From positions 1 through 46,788 of the forward strand of contig JBFMGU010000058.1 of assembly GCA_040752415.1 (NCBI GenBank): a stretch of DNA of 46,788 nt, given 5' to 3'. This stretch comes from Myxococcota bacterium (GTDB taxonomy: Bacteria > Myxococcota > JACRCW01). Positions 1 through 9,480 of the stretch are shown piece by piece; the stretch's first letter is position 1; the number at the start of each line of letters is the position of its first letter. Made by a program: the position numbers and the translations under genes. Under the pieces are notes generated by a model. The model saw only the letters and a program-made list of their open reading frames with translations, made no database searches and was not told the DNA's origin.

Positions 1-160
1 GCTGGAAACGCCGGGGGCCGGGGGAGCCCCTGGGCGCCTCTTCAATGCTGATACCTCCAGAGGTAACAATGTTGAAGGGCCCGCGGAGGGCCACCCGTCC
101 CGCGGTCTTCCGACGTCACCCCGTCACACCCCAACCCCACGCCTTTGGGGCGACGAAGGT

Positions 161-1300
161 TCACTCGTAGATCATCATCAGCGGGCCGGGCATGAGCCAG
201 GAGAGACCCTCGCGCAGGCGGTCTCGCCAGTTCTCCCAGTTGTGCCCGTCGCGCGACTCCACGAACTTCACCTGCATGCCCGTGGCGTCGATGAGCGGGA
301 TGAGCGAGCGGTTCTCGTAGATGAGCGCCTCGTAGACACCGCAGCTCACGAACACGCGCTCGCTGATGGCGCGCGGCTCGGAGCGGAACGCGTTCATGAA
401 CTCCACCACGCGGTCAAACACCGGCCCGTGACGGTGACGTCGACCGATGTCCGTGAACGCAAAAGAGCCCGACTGCAACAGCAGCCGACCCCAGAACCCG
501 GGATAACGCCACGCCGTGGACAGCGAGGCCACGCCGCCAAAGCTGGCGCCCATGAGGCAACGCCCCTGCGGCTGGTCCATCAGCGGCAGGCGCGCCGCCA
601 GGTCCGGCACCAGCTCCTCGGTCAGGAAGCGCGCGTGATTCTCGTCGGCAGCGTACTCGCGCAGGCGGTCGGGGGAGTCGGTGAAGACCGCAATGACGTC
701 GGGGATCTCCAGCCGGTGGATGAGGTTGTCCAGCACCGTCTTCATGCCGGAGTAGTTCAGGTAGTCGCTGCCGTCGTGGACCACCAGCAGCGGGTAGCGC
801 CGCGTCCGACGGAAACGCGCCGGCAGGTAGATGTGCCCGTGGCGGATGCCATCCAGCGCGCGGCTCTTGAAGACGAACGGGTCCAGGCTGCCGGGGCGCG
901 CCACCGGGTCCGGTCGCGTCCACTCCGGGATCTCGTAGCCCTCGCCCTGCAGCACGGAGTTGGCGCCAAAGGGGTCCCGCGCGCGGTGCGGATTGAGCGG
1001 GTCCTCGATCCACTGGCTCACGCCCTTGCGCTGGACCTCGAACTTGTATTCCACGCGCGATCGCGGCGGCACCTCGCTCACCAGGTACCAGAGGTCCGTG
1101 CCGGCAATGCGCGTGAGCGGCTGACGCGACTCCAGCCCGTAGATCCAGTGCCGCAGCAGCACGCCGTCGACCTCACCGCGGTACACGAACGTGACACGCT
1201 GCCCCTCGACGATGGGGAAACGCCGGCCGGTCATCCAGGCTTCGACCTTGGCCTTGTCGGGCTTGCTCGCTTCCAGCTGGTGGATGGCCAGGTTCTGCAT
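161..1300 (-). CDS. Enterochelin-esterase-like alpha/beta hydrolase with N-terminal Ig/CBM48-like domain
   Basis: GASFGG nucleophile elbow, LLVVHDG, C-terminal GHNWENW His motif, N-terminal RVEYKF..DPLNP. Start placed at ATG 1300 (MQNLAIH), just after the upstream stop. Confidence 0.85.
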   Translation of the reverse strand: MQNLAIHQLEASKPDKAKVEAWMTGRRFPIVEGQRVTFVYRGEVDGVLLRHWIYGLESRQPLTRIAGTDLWYLVSEVPPRSRVEYKFEVQRKGVSQWIEDPLNPHRARDPFGANSVLQGEGYEIPEWTRPDPVARPGSLDPFVFKSRALDGIRHGHIYLPARFRRTRRYPLLVVHDGSDYLNYSGMKTVLDNLIHRLEIPDVIAVFTDSPDRLREYAADENHARFLTEELVPDLAARLPLMDQPQGRCLMGASFGGVASLSTAWRYPGFWGRLLLQSGSFAFTDIGRRHRHGPVFDRVVEFMNAFRSEPRAISERVFVSCGVYEALIYENRSLIPLIDATGMQVKFVESRDGHNWENWRDRLREGLSWLMPGPLMMIYE

Positions 1301-1311
1301 GGTCACTGTGC

Positions 1312-2271
1312 TCAGGCGGTGGCGGAGTCTGTTGACGCCGGTGCGTGGGTCCCGTCGTGCCGCAGCTCCACGACGCCGTGGGCGTGGTGGAAGCGCTGGT
1401 CCTGCCAGGTGATGCGTGCGCGCGCCGGCAACGCCAGGCACCGCGCGGGAGCAAAACGCCGCGCCATCACCGTCACCCGCTCGACGTCATCCAGGCGCAG
1501 GCGCGTCTCCGGTTGCGGCAGCGGCACCACGCCGGGGCACAGGCCCAGCCCGCGGTCCAGCACCTCCGCGGCGCCGTGGCCCTGCGGCGGCGAGTCATGG
1601 AAGAGCACCACGCGTTCCGAGATGGCCATGGCGCCGGCGGACCACGCGAACACCGCGTGCCCGTCGATGAGCTCGGCAATGCCGAAGAGGCGCAGCCGGT
1701 TGAGCAACGTGGCCACGTGTCCACCCGCAATGGCCACCGCCGCAGCCTCGCGCAGGATGGCCGCCAGCTCCCTGCGATGCCGCGCAATGGCGGGACGCTC
1801 CAGCGGGCGCCAGGTGGCGTCGTACTCCCGGTCCACCCGCTCGCACTGGCCCAGGTGGTACTCGTCGAGGGCGCGGATGGCGGCGAGCGAGGCGGCGGCC
1901 TCCTCGGCCAGGATGGCGGCGGGGGCCTTGCGCTGGAAGATGACGTGGTTGGCCTCCAGCGCGTGCTCCAGGCGGATGCGGTAGAAGTCCTGCTTGTGCC
2001 GCAGCACGGCCTGCTTCTCGCGGTGGGCCTCGTTGAGCTCGGTGTCCTCGGCAAACACCTCTTCCGCACGACGGTGCAGGCGCAGGTTCACGGTGCGGCC
2101 ACCCAGGTGCTCGTCCAGGTCCTGGTCCTCGGACTCACGCTCCTGCCAGCCGGCGGTGATGGTGGCCACCTTCCCGGTGATGCCCAGCTCGCGCACGGCC
2201 TCGCCCAGGGTGGGGTCAAAGCGCTGCGCACCGAGGAGGACGATGGCCTGGGGCGGTCGGGCGATACTCAC
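1312..2271 (-). CDS. Type 1 glutamine amidotransferase-like / peptidase S51 family protein
   Basis: ITAGWQERE, IAGGHVATLLNRLRLF and WSAGAM (Ser elbow) motifs; AGGAG RBS before GTG; probably co-transcribed with the esterase. Confidence 0.75.
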   Translation of the reverse strand: MSIARPPQAIVLLGAQRFDPTLGEAVRELGITGKVATITAGWQERESEDQDLDEHLGGRTVNLRLHRRAEEVFAEDTELNEAHREKQAVLRHKQDFYRIRLEHALEANHVIFQRKAPAAILAEEAAASLAAIRALDEYHLGQCERVDREYDATWRPLERPAIARHRRELAAILREAAAVAIAGGHVATLLNRLRLFGIAELIDGHAVFAWSAGAMAISERVVLFHDSPPQGHGAAEVLDRGLGLCPGVVPLPQPETRLRLDDVERVTVMARRFAPARCLALPARARITWQDQRFHHAHGVVELRHDGTHAPASTDSATA

Positions 2272-2495
2272 GGGCGTGCTCCTATCACCCGTCTGCCCCG
2301 GGGGTCACGTTGTTTGCCGCGCGGGTGGCCGTCACGGTCCTGGCGCGTGTCCATCCCACGACGAGAGGACTGCCCGTGTACGACCCTGGGGTCCTCCGGC
2401 CCGTCGCGGCAGCAGCCGCATGGCCTCCGCGACGCGTGGGCACCGCGGCCCAGCGCCCCCTCGTAGGACGGTCCGGGAGGCGCCGCGCGGAATCG

Positions 2496-4697
2496 TCACG
2501 GGCAGCCGCCCAGCACGACGCACCGGTCCACCACGTCCAGTCGGACCATGCGCGTGCCGCTCGGGCCGGGCCAGCGCCCCGCTTCCGCGCTGCTCAAGTT
2601 CTCCCAGGCCCACGCATCCCACGTCGTCATCCAGCCACCCGCCGCGTCCGCGCCAAGCTTCCCGTTGGTGTGCTCCCGCACGAGTTGCTCCAGCCACGGG
2701 GCAACCGAGGCGCCGTCCCAGAAGACGTTGAGCTCGGTGTCGACGGCCGCCAGCAGCGAGCCGGGCGTGTCCAGGCCCAGACTCCGCTCGTTGAGATTCG
2801 CGCTCCCCACCGTCGCGCTCAGCCCGCCACCGCGCTCGTAGAACACCGCCGCCTTGCCGTGGACATAGATGCCGGCGTTCTCCGCCAGGAAGGAGCTCCC
2901 GATGGAGTGTAAGCCAGCAGCGAGGGTGGAAGCGTCGTCGGCGAGGAGGGTGTAGGCGCTGATGCGGGAACGCGTCATCACGTCGCGGACGCGCAGGTCG
3001 TTGCGGGTCACGGTGACGGGGCAGCCGCGGTGAAGCGCACCTTGCCAGACCACCAGCTCCAGCGGCGTATCCGGCTCCAGCGCCTCTGGCGCCTCCTCCG
3101 CTTTCCCGCCGATGCGCAGCTGCGTTCCGGGCGGCGCGCAACCTGGCAGCGTCGGCGTGGCGATCAGGCCGGCGCTGCGCCACGGGGCACCTTCGCCACG
3201 CACCAGCACCTCCTCGGCCGTCTTCAGCTCCAGCCACTTGAGCACCTGCATCTCCCGGTAGGCCGTGCCCGCCTGCGCGCCGCGGATCCCCAACAGCGGG
3301 ACACCGCGGTCCAGCGGAGTGAACCGGAGCACGTCGGGGACGTAGGGGATGACCACGATTCCGCGGCGGCGACGGTCAGGGTCTTCCACCATGTCGCGGG
3401 CGAGGGCCGCGTCGGTCACGTATTGGTTCTCGACGTAGAAATCGGTGCTTCGTCTCATCGCCTCGACATAGGCGGTGCGGATCGCGTTGCCAGCCGGGGG
3501 CACGGTTGCGACCACGCGCACATCCCGCGCCGGGTGCGTTGCGGTCTTCACTTGCGCTCCAGCAGGAATGCGGGGCGGGGGCAGTGCGGCCTCTCGCTCC
3601 TCGAGCAACCGATCCACCTCGTCAAAAGCGGCACGCACGGGCGGGGGCGCATTGAGCGCGTGCACGCCGGCGTGCGCGTAGCTCATTCCCAGCATGTAGC
3701 TCTCCAGGCTTGTTCCCATGCGGAGGCGCGTGTTGAACCCGACGAGCTGGTCATCCAGGAAGTACCCGACGGTCTCGCAGGAGGTGCCGAGCGACTGCTG
3801 CAGCTCAAGGAAGTAGCCCGCACCCGGCGAGATCACGTTGAGCGAGGCGCGCGAAGCGACCTCCTTGAACAGCCCGTCGACCTGGTCCGCATACCGCTCC
3901 AGGAGGTCTGGTGTGAGCAGCCGACGTTCCAGCGCCCGACCGCGATTGCGCACGGATTTCAACCGCGTGCGGTACTTGGACCGGAGCGCCGCGACGTAGT
4001 CGTCGAAGGTTCTCCAGGAAGGTGGGATGCGCAGCACCATGCTGGGTTGATAGGTGTCGGCGCGGTAGCCAGCCGCCCCCAGGACCGTGCCCTCCCCCAC
4101 CAGCTCCGCCGGGAGATCCTTGATCATCACGACGGGTGCGAAGCCTGCCGCCGGCACGTGGCGGAGTGATGCCTGGACGGTTAGCTGGAGCGCGTGGTGC
4201 GCCGCTGCGGGCGTCGTTCCCCTCGCGACGTGGAACCCAGCATCATCCGACGTCAGCAGGTTGCCGCAGACGAGGATGCGAATGCGAAACGCCGCCGCCA
4301 GCGCTCGCAACGCGGCCCAGCAGGGAAGCCGGATGCGACGTGCACCAATGCCCTCCGGGGGAAGACAGGACGCGAGCGAAAAGTCGACGAGCTGGAACGC
4401 GGCGACGGCGACCACGTCGCCCTGATGGCGAACCAGCGCGTAGTGGGTGCGCATCCCCGACGGAAGTGTCCGCTCGAGCGCGCGCAGGTAGCTGCGGGTG
4501 AGGAAGATCCTCTCCGGCGGAACCAGCGCGTCCCAGGCATGCGGCAACTCGCACGCGGATGACGCCAGGCGCACGTCCCATTCCGCCGTCACACCCGCAC
4601 GGACCCCGCGCACCGCGGTCCGGTCTCGTCCCCCAGGGTTGTCGTCCGCTTCGCGCGCGGCAAGGGTGTCGACGTCGGTCCCGATGTTCCCGGCCAT
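2496..4697 (-). CDS. Chimeric protein: truncated FemAB/GNAT-like N-half fused to a phospholipase D C-terminal half
   Basis: N-half has WRTFDDYVAALRSKYRTR and LVGFN (FemAB/acetyltransf_6-like). C-half has YVENQY, YVHGK and VGSANLNERS..DTELN (PLD). Start at ATG 4697 supported by a GGGGAG RBS and a sigma-54 element upstream. Confidence 0.65.
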   Translation of the reverse strand: MAGNIGTDVDTLAAREADDNPGGRDRTAVRGVRAGVTAEWDVRLASSACELPHAWDALVPPERIFLTRSYLRALERTLPSGMRTHYALVRHQGDVVAVAAFQLVDFSLASCLPPEGIGARRIRLPCWAALRALAAAFRIRILVCGNLLTSDDAGFHVARGTTPAAAHHALQLTVQASLRHVPAAGFAPVVMIKDLPAELVGEGTVLGAAGYRADTYQPSMVLRIPPSWRTFDDYVAALRSKYRTRLKSVRNRGRALERRLLTPDLLERYADQVDGLFKEVASRASLNVISPGAGYFLELQQSLGTSCETVGYFLDDQLVGFNTRLRMGTSLESYMLGMSYAHAGVHALNAPPPVRAAFDEVDRLLEEREAALPPPRIPAGAQVKTATHPARDVRVVATVPPAGNAIRTAYVEAMRRSTDFYVENQYVTDAALARDMVEDPDRRRRGIVVIPYVPDVLRFTPLDRGVPLLGIRGAQAGTAYREMQVLKWLELKTAEEVLVRGEGAPWRSAGLIATPTLPGCAPPGTQLRIGGKAEEAPEALEPDTPLELVVWQGALHRGCPVTVTRNDLRVRDVMTRSRISAYTLLADDASTLAAGLHSIGSSFLAENAGIYVHGKAAVFYERGGGLSATVGSANLNERSLGLDTPGSLLAAVDTELNVFWDGASVAPWLEQLVREHTNGKLGADAAGGWMTTWDAWAWENLSSAEAGRWPGPSGTRMVRLDVVDRCVVLGGCP

Positions 4698-4734
4698 TTC
4701 CGCTCCCCCCCTGTGATTTCGCGTGGCGGCCAGG

Positions 4735-4750
4735 AGCAAGAGCGTTGCCA
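4735..4750 (-). promoter_or_regulatory. Putative sigma-54 (-24/-12) promoter
   Basis: Minus strand reads TGGCAACGCTCTTGCT (GG-N10-GC), about 38 nt upstream of ATG 4697. Confidence 0.6.
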
Positions 4751-5200
4751 ACGTGCGACGCCCGGGTTGTCCGGAGCGGAGGTGTGGAGGGCGTGTGTGG
4801 GGGGTCGGCGACGCGTGGGAGGAACGGGTTGAAGAAGCGTCGTGCCGCGGATGCCGAGCCGTTGGGCTTTCTCGACGACGTCGCGGTGAGTGGGTGTCGT
4901 AGCCGCCGCCTGGGCGTCATCCTCCCGGGACCGGGCGCGTGCCGCGGGACCGCCATGTTGTCGCCCGGAGGGCTGGTTCGGTTCCAGGGCGCAGCAACTG
5001 TGCTGGACGCGGTGTTGCGCGGAAACACGTCCCCTCCCTGTCCGATGCTGACGTCCACCTGACGTAGTCCCGTTGGGTGACCTCCCCGCGACCTAATCTC
5101 CGTTGAGATGCGGACGCCAACCGCCGCGCGGGCGGGCATCAATGCGCTCCTTCCGAGGGGAACCGGCGCACCCGCCTTGCGCCGCAGGAGCGTCAGAACC

Positions 5201-7018
5201 GTGCAGCAAGACACTGTCGCCAGGCTCCTCCTGGCTGCATCCGTTGCGTTGGGCACCCAGGCCTGTGGCCAGCTTGAGGCCGCGGATGAGGAGCACGCCG
5301 ACGTGGAAGTGGAGCCCGATGACGACGGCAGCAACATCCTGGAGCAGGGGCTCATCAGCTGCGAGGAGCACAAGGACACCGGTTACAGCAACGGCAATCC
5401 GTTCCAGATCACCGTGGTGACCGTTGACGGGCGGCCCGCCGAGGTGGCCACCGCCAACGCCTACTACGTGATGCAGCAGGCCGCCGCCGAGGACGGAGTT
5501 GCCATCCGCATCGTGAGTGGCTTCCGCACCCACGCCGAGCAGGCGTACCTCCGCGCGTGCTACGAGAACTGCAATTGCAACAGCTGCAACCTGGCCGCGC
5601 GCCCCGGTTACTCCAACCACCAGAGCGGTCACGCGCTGGACCTCAACACGCGCGAGCCGGAGGTCTACAGCTGGCTGGTGAACAACGCGGCGCGTTTCGG
5701 TTTCAAGCGCACCGTCGAGGGTGAGCCGTGGCACTGGGAATGGTGGGGCGGTGGCCCGGGTGGCGGTCCGTGCGGCCAGCCGCGCACCCCGTACGTGGAG
5801 CGTGTGGAGGCGGCCCTGGGCGCGCACCTGCATGACCCCGCCGGCAGCTCCGACATCAACGGCGACGGCATGGCCGACGTGTGCGGCCGCAACTCCGAGG
5901 GCATCACGTGCTTCCTGGCCAACGGGCACGGCTTTGGTGACGCCGTCGACGGACCGGACCTCTCCAACGCGCGCGGCTGGAACCGTCGGAGCCAGCACGC
6001 CACCTTGAGGCTCGCGGACATCGACGGCGACGGCGACGCGGACCTGTGCGGCCGCCACGCCGAGGGGTTCCGGTGCTGGAGGTCGCGTGGCGACGGATTC
6101 GGTCCGGCCCTCGAGACCGACTTCATGCGCGACGACAACGGCTGGTCCGAGGCGAAGTACTACAGCACCATCCGCATGGCGGACTTCAATGGCGACGGAA
6201 AAGCCGACGTCTGCGCGCGCCACAAGGACGGCTTCCGCTGCTGGCCCTCCCACGGCAACGGGTTTGGCCACAAGGTCGAGGGACCGGCGTGGTCCGACGA
6301 GGCGGGCTGGGATGACGTGGAGAACCACGGTTCCATCCGCATGGGCGACGTCAACGGCGACGGCCTGGCGGACGTGTGCGGTCGGAGCGACACCACCATG
6401 GTGTGCTTCCTCTCCAACGGCCAGGGCTTCCCCACGCGCGTGGACGGCCCGGACTGGAGCAATGAGGCGGGCTGGGATGACGCCAACAACTGGAGCACCA
6501 TCCGCGCCGCCGACGTGAATGGCGACGGGAAGGTGGACCTGTGTGGCCGCAGCAACCAGGCCTTCAAGTGCCATCTCTCGCGCGGCACCAGCTTCGGTCC
6601 GCGGATCGTGGGGCCGGAGCTGTCCAACCAGAGTCACTGGGACGGCCACGACAACTACTCGACCATCCGCCTCGCCGACATCGACGCCGACGGAGACCTG
6701 GACCTGTGCGCGCGCGCCACGGGCGGCTTCAAGTGCTGGCGCTGGACCGGGACGGACTTTGGCCAGTGGTCCGTGGGCTCCGGGCAGATGACCGACGACG
6801 GAGAATGGGACCTGCCGCGCTACTACCGCACCATCCGCATGGCCGACGTCACCGGCGACGGGAAGGCGGACCTGTGCGGCCGCGGCTGGGGCGGTGTGAA
6901 GTGCTGGCCCTCGCTGGGCAATGATTTCGGCGCCGCGTTCCACGGGCCGGAGTGGTCGGACGCCAAGGGCTGGAACGCCGAGATCTACGGCACCACGCTG
7001 CGACTCGCCGGCTTCTGA
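5201..7018 (+). CDS. Lipoprotein: M15/VanY-like D-Ala-D-Ala carboxypeptidase plus seven FG-GAP/VCBS-like repeats
   Basis: Lipobox (LGTQAC); VSGFRT, SNHQSGHALD and EPWH zinc motifs; 7 x D.(N/D/T)GDG..D.C.R repeats; AGGAG RBS before GTG 5201. Confidence 0.85.
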   Translation: MQQDTVARLLLAASVALGTQACGQLEAADEEHADVEVEPDDDGSNILEQGLISCEEHKDTGYSNGNPFQITVVTVDGRPAEVATANAYYVMQQAAAEDGVAIRIVSGFRTHAEQAYLRACYENCNCNSCNLAARPGYSNHQSGHALDLNTREPEVYSWLVNNAARFGFKRTVEGEPWHWEWWGGGPGGGPCGQPRTPYVERVEAALGAHLHDPAGSSDINGDGMADVCGRNSEGITCFLANGHGFGDAVDGPDLSNARGWNRRSQHATLRLADIDGDGDADLCGRHAEGFRCWRSRGDGFGPALETDFMRDDNGWSEAKYYSTIRMADFNGDGKADVCARHKDGFRCWPSHGNGFGHKVEGPAWSDEAGWDDVENHGSIRMGDVNGDGLADVCGRSDTTMVCFLSNGQGFPTRVDGPDWSNEAGWDDANNWSTIRAADVNGDGKVDLCGRSNQAFKCHLSRGTSFGPRIVGPELSNQSHWDGHDNYSTIRLADIDADGDLDLCARATGGFKCWRWTGTDFGQWSVGSGQMTDDGEWDLPRYYRTIRMADVTGDGKADLCGRGWGGVKCWPSLGNDFGAAFHGPEWSDAKGWNAEIYGTTLRLAGF

Positions 7019-7055
7019 GCGCCGTTCATGGCTCACGACGGGTGGGGCATGAGGC

Positions 7056-9146
7056 TCACGGTCCCGCCGCGTCCCGGTCCAGCAGCACCGCGCCGCCGTT
7101 GAGCACGAGGATGCGCTCACCCAGCAGCACCGTCGTGAAGTAGCCGGGCCAGCGCGCGGTCTCCGTCCAGGTCCCGTCCTCGTGGGCGCGGAGCAGCAGC
7201 AGGTCCGTCCAGCTCCACGCGCCCCGCGGACCCGCTCCCGCGGCCAGGGCCAGCTCGTCGCCGGATGCCGCGCGGGGATGACAGCCGTTGCCGCACGCCT
7301 CGGCGGGAATGCGTTGCACCGGTGCACCCGGCCGCACCACCACCGGCGCCCCGTCGACGACGGAGGCGACGAAGCCGCCGCGCTGGGGCACCACGTCAAT
7401 GGAGTACTCGGTCTTCAGCGGAGATGGCAGGGAGATGGATTCCCTTACCGTGCTGTCGTCGCCCACGCGCAACGCGGAGGTGGCCTGGATGAGCCACACC
7501 TCGGTGTCGTCGGGCGTGGCCACCAGCGCTTCCGGGTGCATGCCGGCGGGCAAGGGCACCTGGTGCGGCGTGGGCGTGGGCTCCAGGGGATCCAGCCACC
7601 ACAGCACGCGCTCGTCGGGACCGGGGCCGGGCTCGCCGTAGATGTACTCGCGTGGATGGCTCAACACCCATAACCGCCCGCCCACCGACGACGCGAAGGT
7701 GTACTGACCAGGGCTGCGCACCTCCCGGGTTGCGCCGGTCTCCGTGGACGCGAGCGTCAGGTCGGTGCGCACCGGCAGGTCCCAGTCCCAGCCCTGCTGG
7801 TCCAGCGTGACGACGTGGTTGCGCGACCAGAGCAGCTGCACCGCGTCGTAGTCCGTGAGCTCCCAACCGGTGAAGCTGCCTTGCGACACGTCGAGCATGG
7901 CGAAGGCGCCGCTCGTGGGAGAGGTGATGACGGCGTGCAGCCCGTCGGGAGACCTGACGCCCTGGTGGATGTCGGAGAGACTGCGCGGTGGACAGGCGAG
8001 CGTCGGCTCTTGCTCGAAGCGCGTTCCTGGCAGCAGCGCGGAGACGAAGCGCTCCGTGGTGCCGCTCCGCGACGAGAGTCGCCACACGCAGGGCTGGTCC
8101 ACCAGGCGCTCGGCGCTCCAGGTGATGAAACCCTCGCCGGTGAAGTCGATGGCGGACTCCGCGTCGGTCCACGAGTCACCGCCGAGGAGCACCACCTGGT
8201 CCGCCACCGGTTGCATGGGCGCGAAGGGAAGCTGATTGCTGCGGCCGAGCTCCTGGGGCGCGGTGGTCGACGAGACGCGGTACTTCACGAGGTACGCGTC
8301 GTCGTCGTAGGCGATCAGGATGTCACCGGCGAGGTGCGCCTGCAGCGCGGAGATGCGCCAGCGCGGCGTGAACAGGGATTCATCCTCGACGGAGAACCCC
8401 CAGTATTCCGAGCCGGCCTTCATCACCAGCACGTCGCCGGAGAAGCTCAGCGGCTCCACGTACTCCATGGGCGGGAATGCCAGGCAGCGGACCTCCATCG
8501 GGTGCTGCGGGTCGCTCCCGTCGACGAGGGAGACGCCGGTGGAGACCTGCACCACCCAGGAGCCGTTCCAGGAGCCCAGCGGCGTGGGGAAGGGGTACGG
8601 CGGCTGCAGGGCTGCGTTGGTGGCGCCCCACCAGGCCAGTGGCGTCGGAGATGACGGCGTCGAGACGTCGATGGGAATGAGCCCCTGCGCCACCGTGGAC
8701 AACACGACGTCACCGTTCATGGCCACCGGTGTGTCGGGATAGGGCAGGGCGGCCACGCCCAGGGATTGCAGCGTGGTGGCGTCGCGGACATGCACGCCGG
8801 AGGTGTGGCTGGTCACCACCAGCGACGACGAGAGGCGCGCCGCGTACCCGGGGCCGGGCGCAGCGATGTCCATGCCGTGGGTGAGCCCGCGGGTGCGCGG
8901 CGGGTTGCTGACGACGAACTCCTTGCCGCACAACGTGAAACAGGTCTGCGTCTCACAGGGGTTGCCGGCGTCGGGAGGTGGGCCCGCGTCCGGCGTGGTG
9001 GCGTCGGGGACACTGGCGTCCCGGTGGTGTGATGCGTCGGTGACGACGAAACCGGCGTCGGAGGAACCGCTGTTTGCGCCGCCACCGGGCGCGCACGCCA
9101 GCACCGGGAGCAAGGCCAGCGGTGTGAGGTGGAGCCCATGCTTCAT
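7056..9146 (-). CDS. Hypothetical lipoprotein, probably beta-propeller (LVIVD-like repeats)
   Basis: Lipobox LPVLAC, DAG-rich linker, motifs GLIPIDVSTPSSP and GVSLVDGSDPQHP. Confidence 0.65.
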   Translation of the reverse strand: MKHGLHLTPLALLPVLACAPGGGANSGSSDAGFVVTDASHHRDASVPDATTPDAGPPPDAGNPCETQTCFTLCGKEFVVSNPPRTRGLTHGMDIAAPGPGYAARLSSSLVVTSHTSGVHVRDATTLQSLGVAALPYPDTPVAMNGDVVLSTVAQGLIPIDVSTPSSPTPLAWWGATNAALQPPYPFPTPLGSWNGSWVVQVSTGVSLVDGSDPQHPMEVRCLAFPPMEYVEPLSFSGDVLVMKAGSEYWGFSVEDESLFTPRWRISALQAHLAGDILIAYDDDAYLVKYRVSSTTAPQELGRSNQLPFAPMQPVADQVVLLGGDSWTDAESAIDFTGEGFITWSAERLVDQPCVWRLSSRSGTTERFVSALLPGTRFEQEPTLACPPRSLSDIHQGVRSPDGLHAVITSPTSGAFAMLDVSQGSFTGWELTDYDAVQLLWSRNHVVTLDQQGWDWDLPVRTDLTLASTETGATREVRSPGQYTFASSVGGRLWVLSHPREYIYGEPGPGPDERVLWWLDPLEPTPTPHQVPLPAGMHPEALVATPDDTEVWLIQATSALRVGDDSTVRESISLPSPLKTEYSIDVVPQRGGFVASVVDGAPVVVRPGAPVQRIPAEACGNGCHPRAASGDELALAAGAGPRGAWSWTDLLLLRAHEDGTWTETARWPGYFTTVLLGERILVLNGGAVLLDRDAAGP

Positions 9147-9371
9147 GCGCGCCCATCATGCCACGTCGTGGACACCGGTGCCCGTGCGCCGACGAGATGA
9201 CCGAGCCAGGGCGGTGCTCGCGCCAATGTTCCGACGGGACCGGGGCGCGGCACCGCAGTCCGAAAGCTCGCGCCGGTTGACTTGGGGACCGGGACGCTCG
9301 CAGGTCAACGTCGTCAGGATGCACGGTGGACCGGGCTGGGGCCACGTCGTGGTGCGACGTGCCGGGTGCCA
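9114..9371. repeat. Direct repeat copy 1 (lipoprotein 5' end, upstream region and decayed 3' end of the cupin gene)
   Basis: Highly similar to 11485-12062, e.g. shared gtggagcccatgcttcatgcgc and gacaccggtgcccgtgcgccgacgagatgaccgagccagggcggtgctcgcgcc. Confidence 0.9.
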
Positions 9372-9480
9372 GCTTGTCGACGAGGATCCCACCGTGCGTG
9401 GACCCGAAGGTCGCCGCTTGCCGGCAAGAACACCGGCCCGCTGACAGGACGATGTCCGTGGTCATCCCTTGGTCAGTGGC

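Noticed and set aside
36..81. Imperfect hairpin (CTTCAA...TACCTC-CA-GAGGTA...TTGAAG) as ncRNA or attC
   Set aside because: A single copy at the window edge with no recognisable family features; most simply a terminator-like or REP-like hairpin downstream of the esterase.
5850..6990. CRISPR-like periodic repeats
   Set aside because: The periodicity comes from degenerate protein-coding propeller repeats; no identical repeat-spacer array or cas genes.
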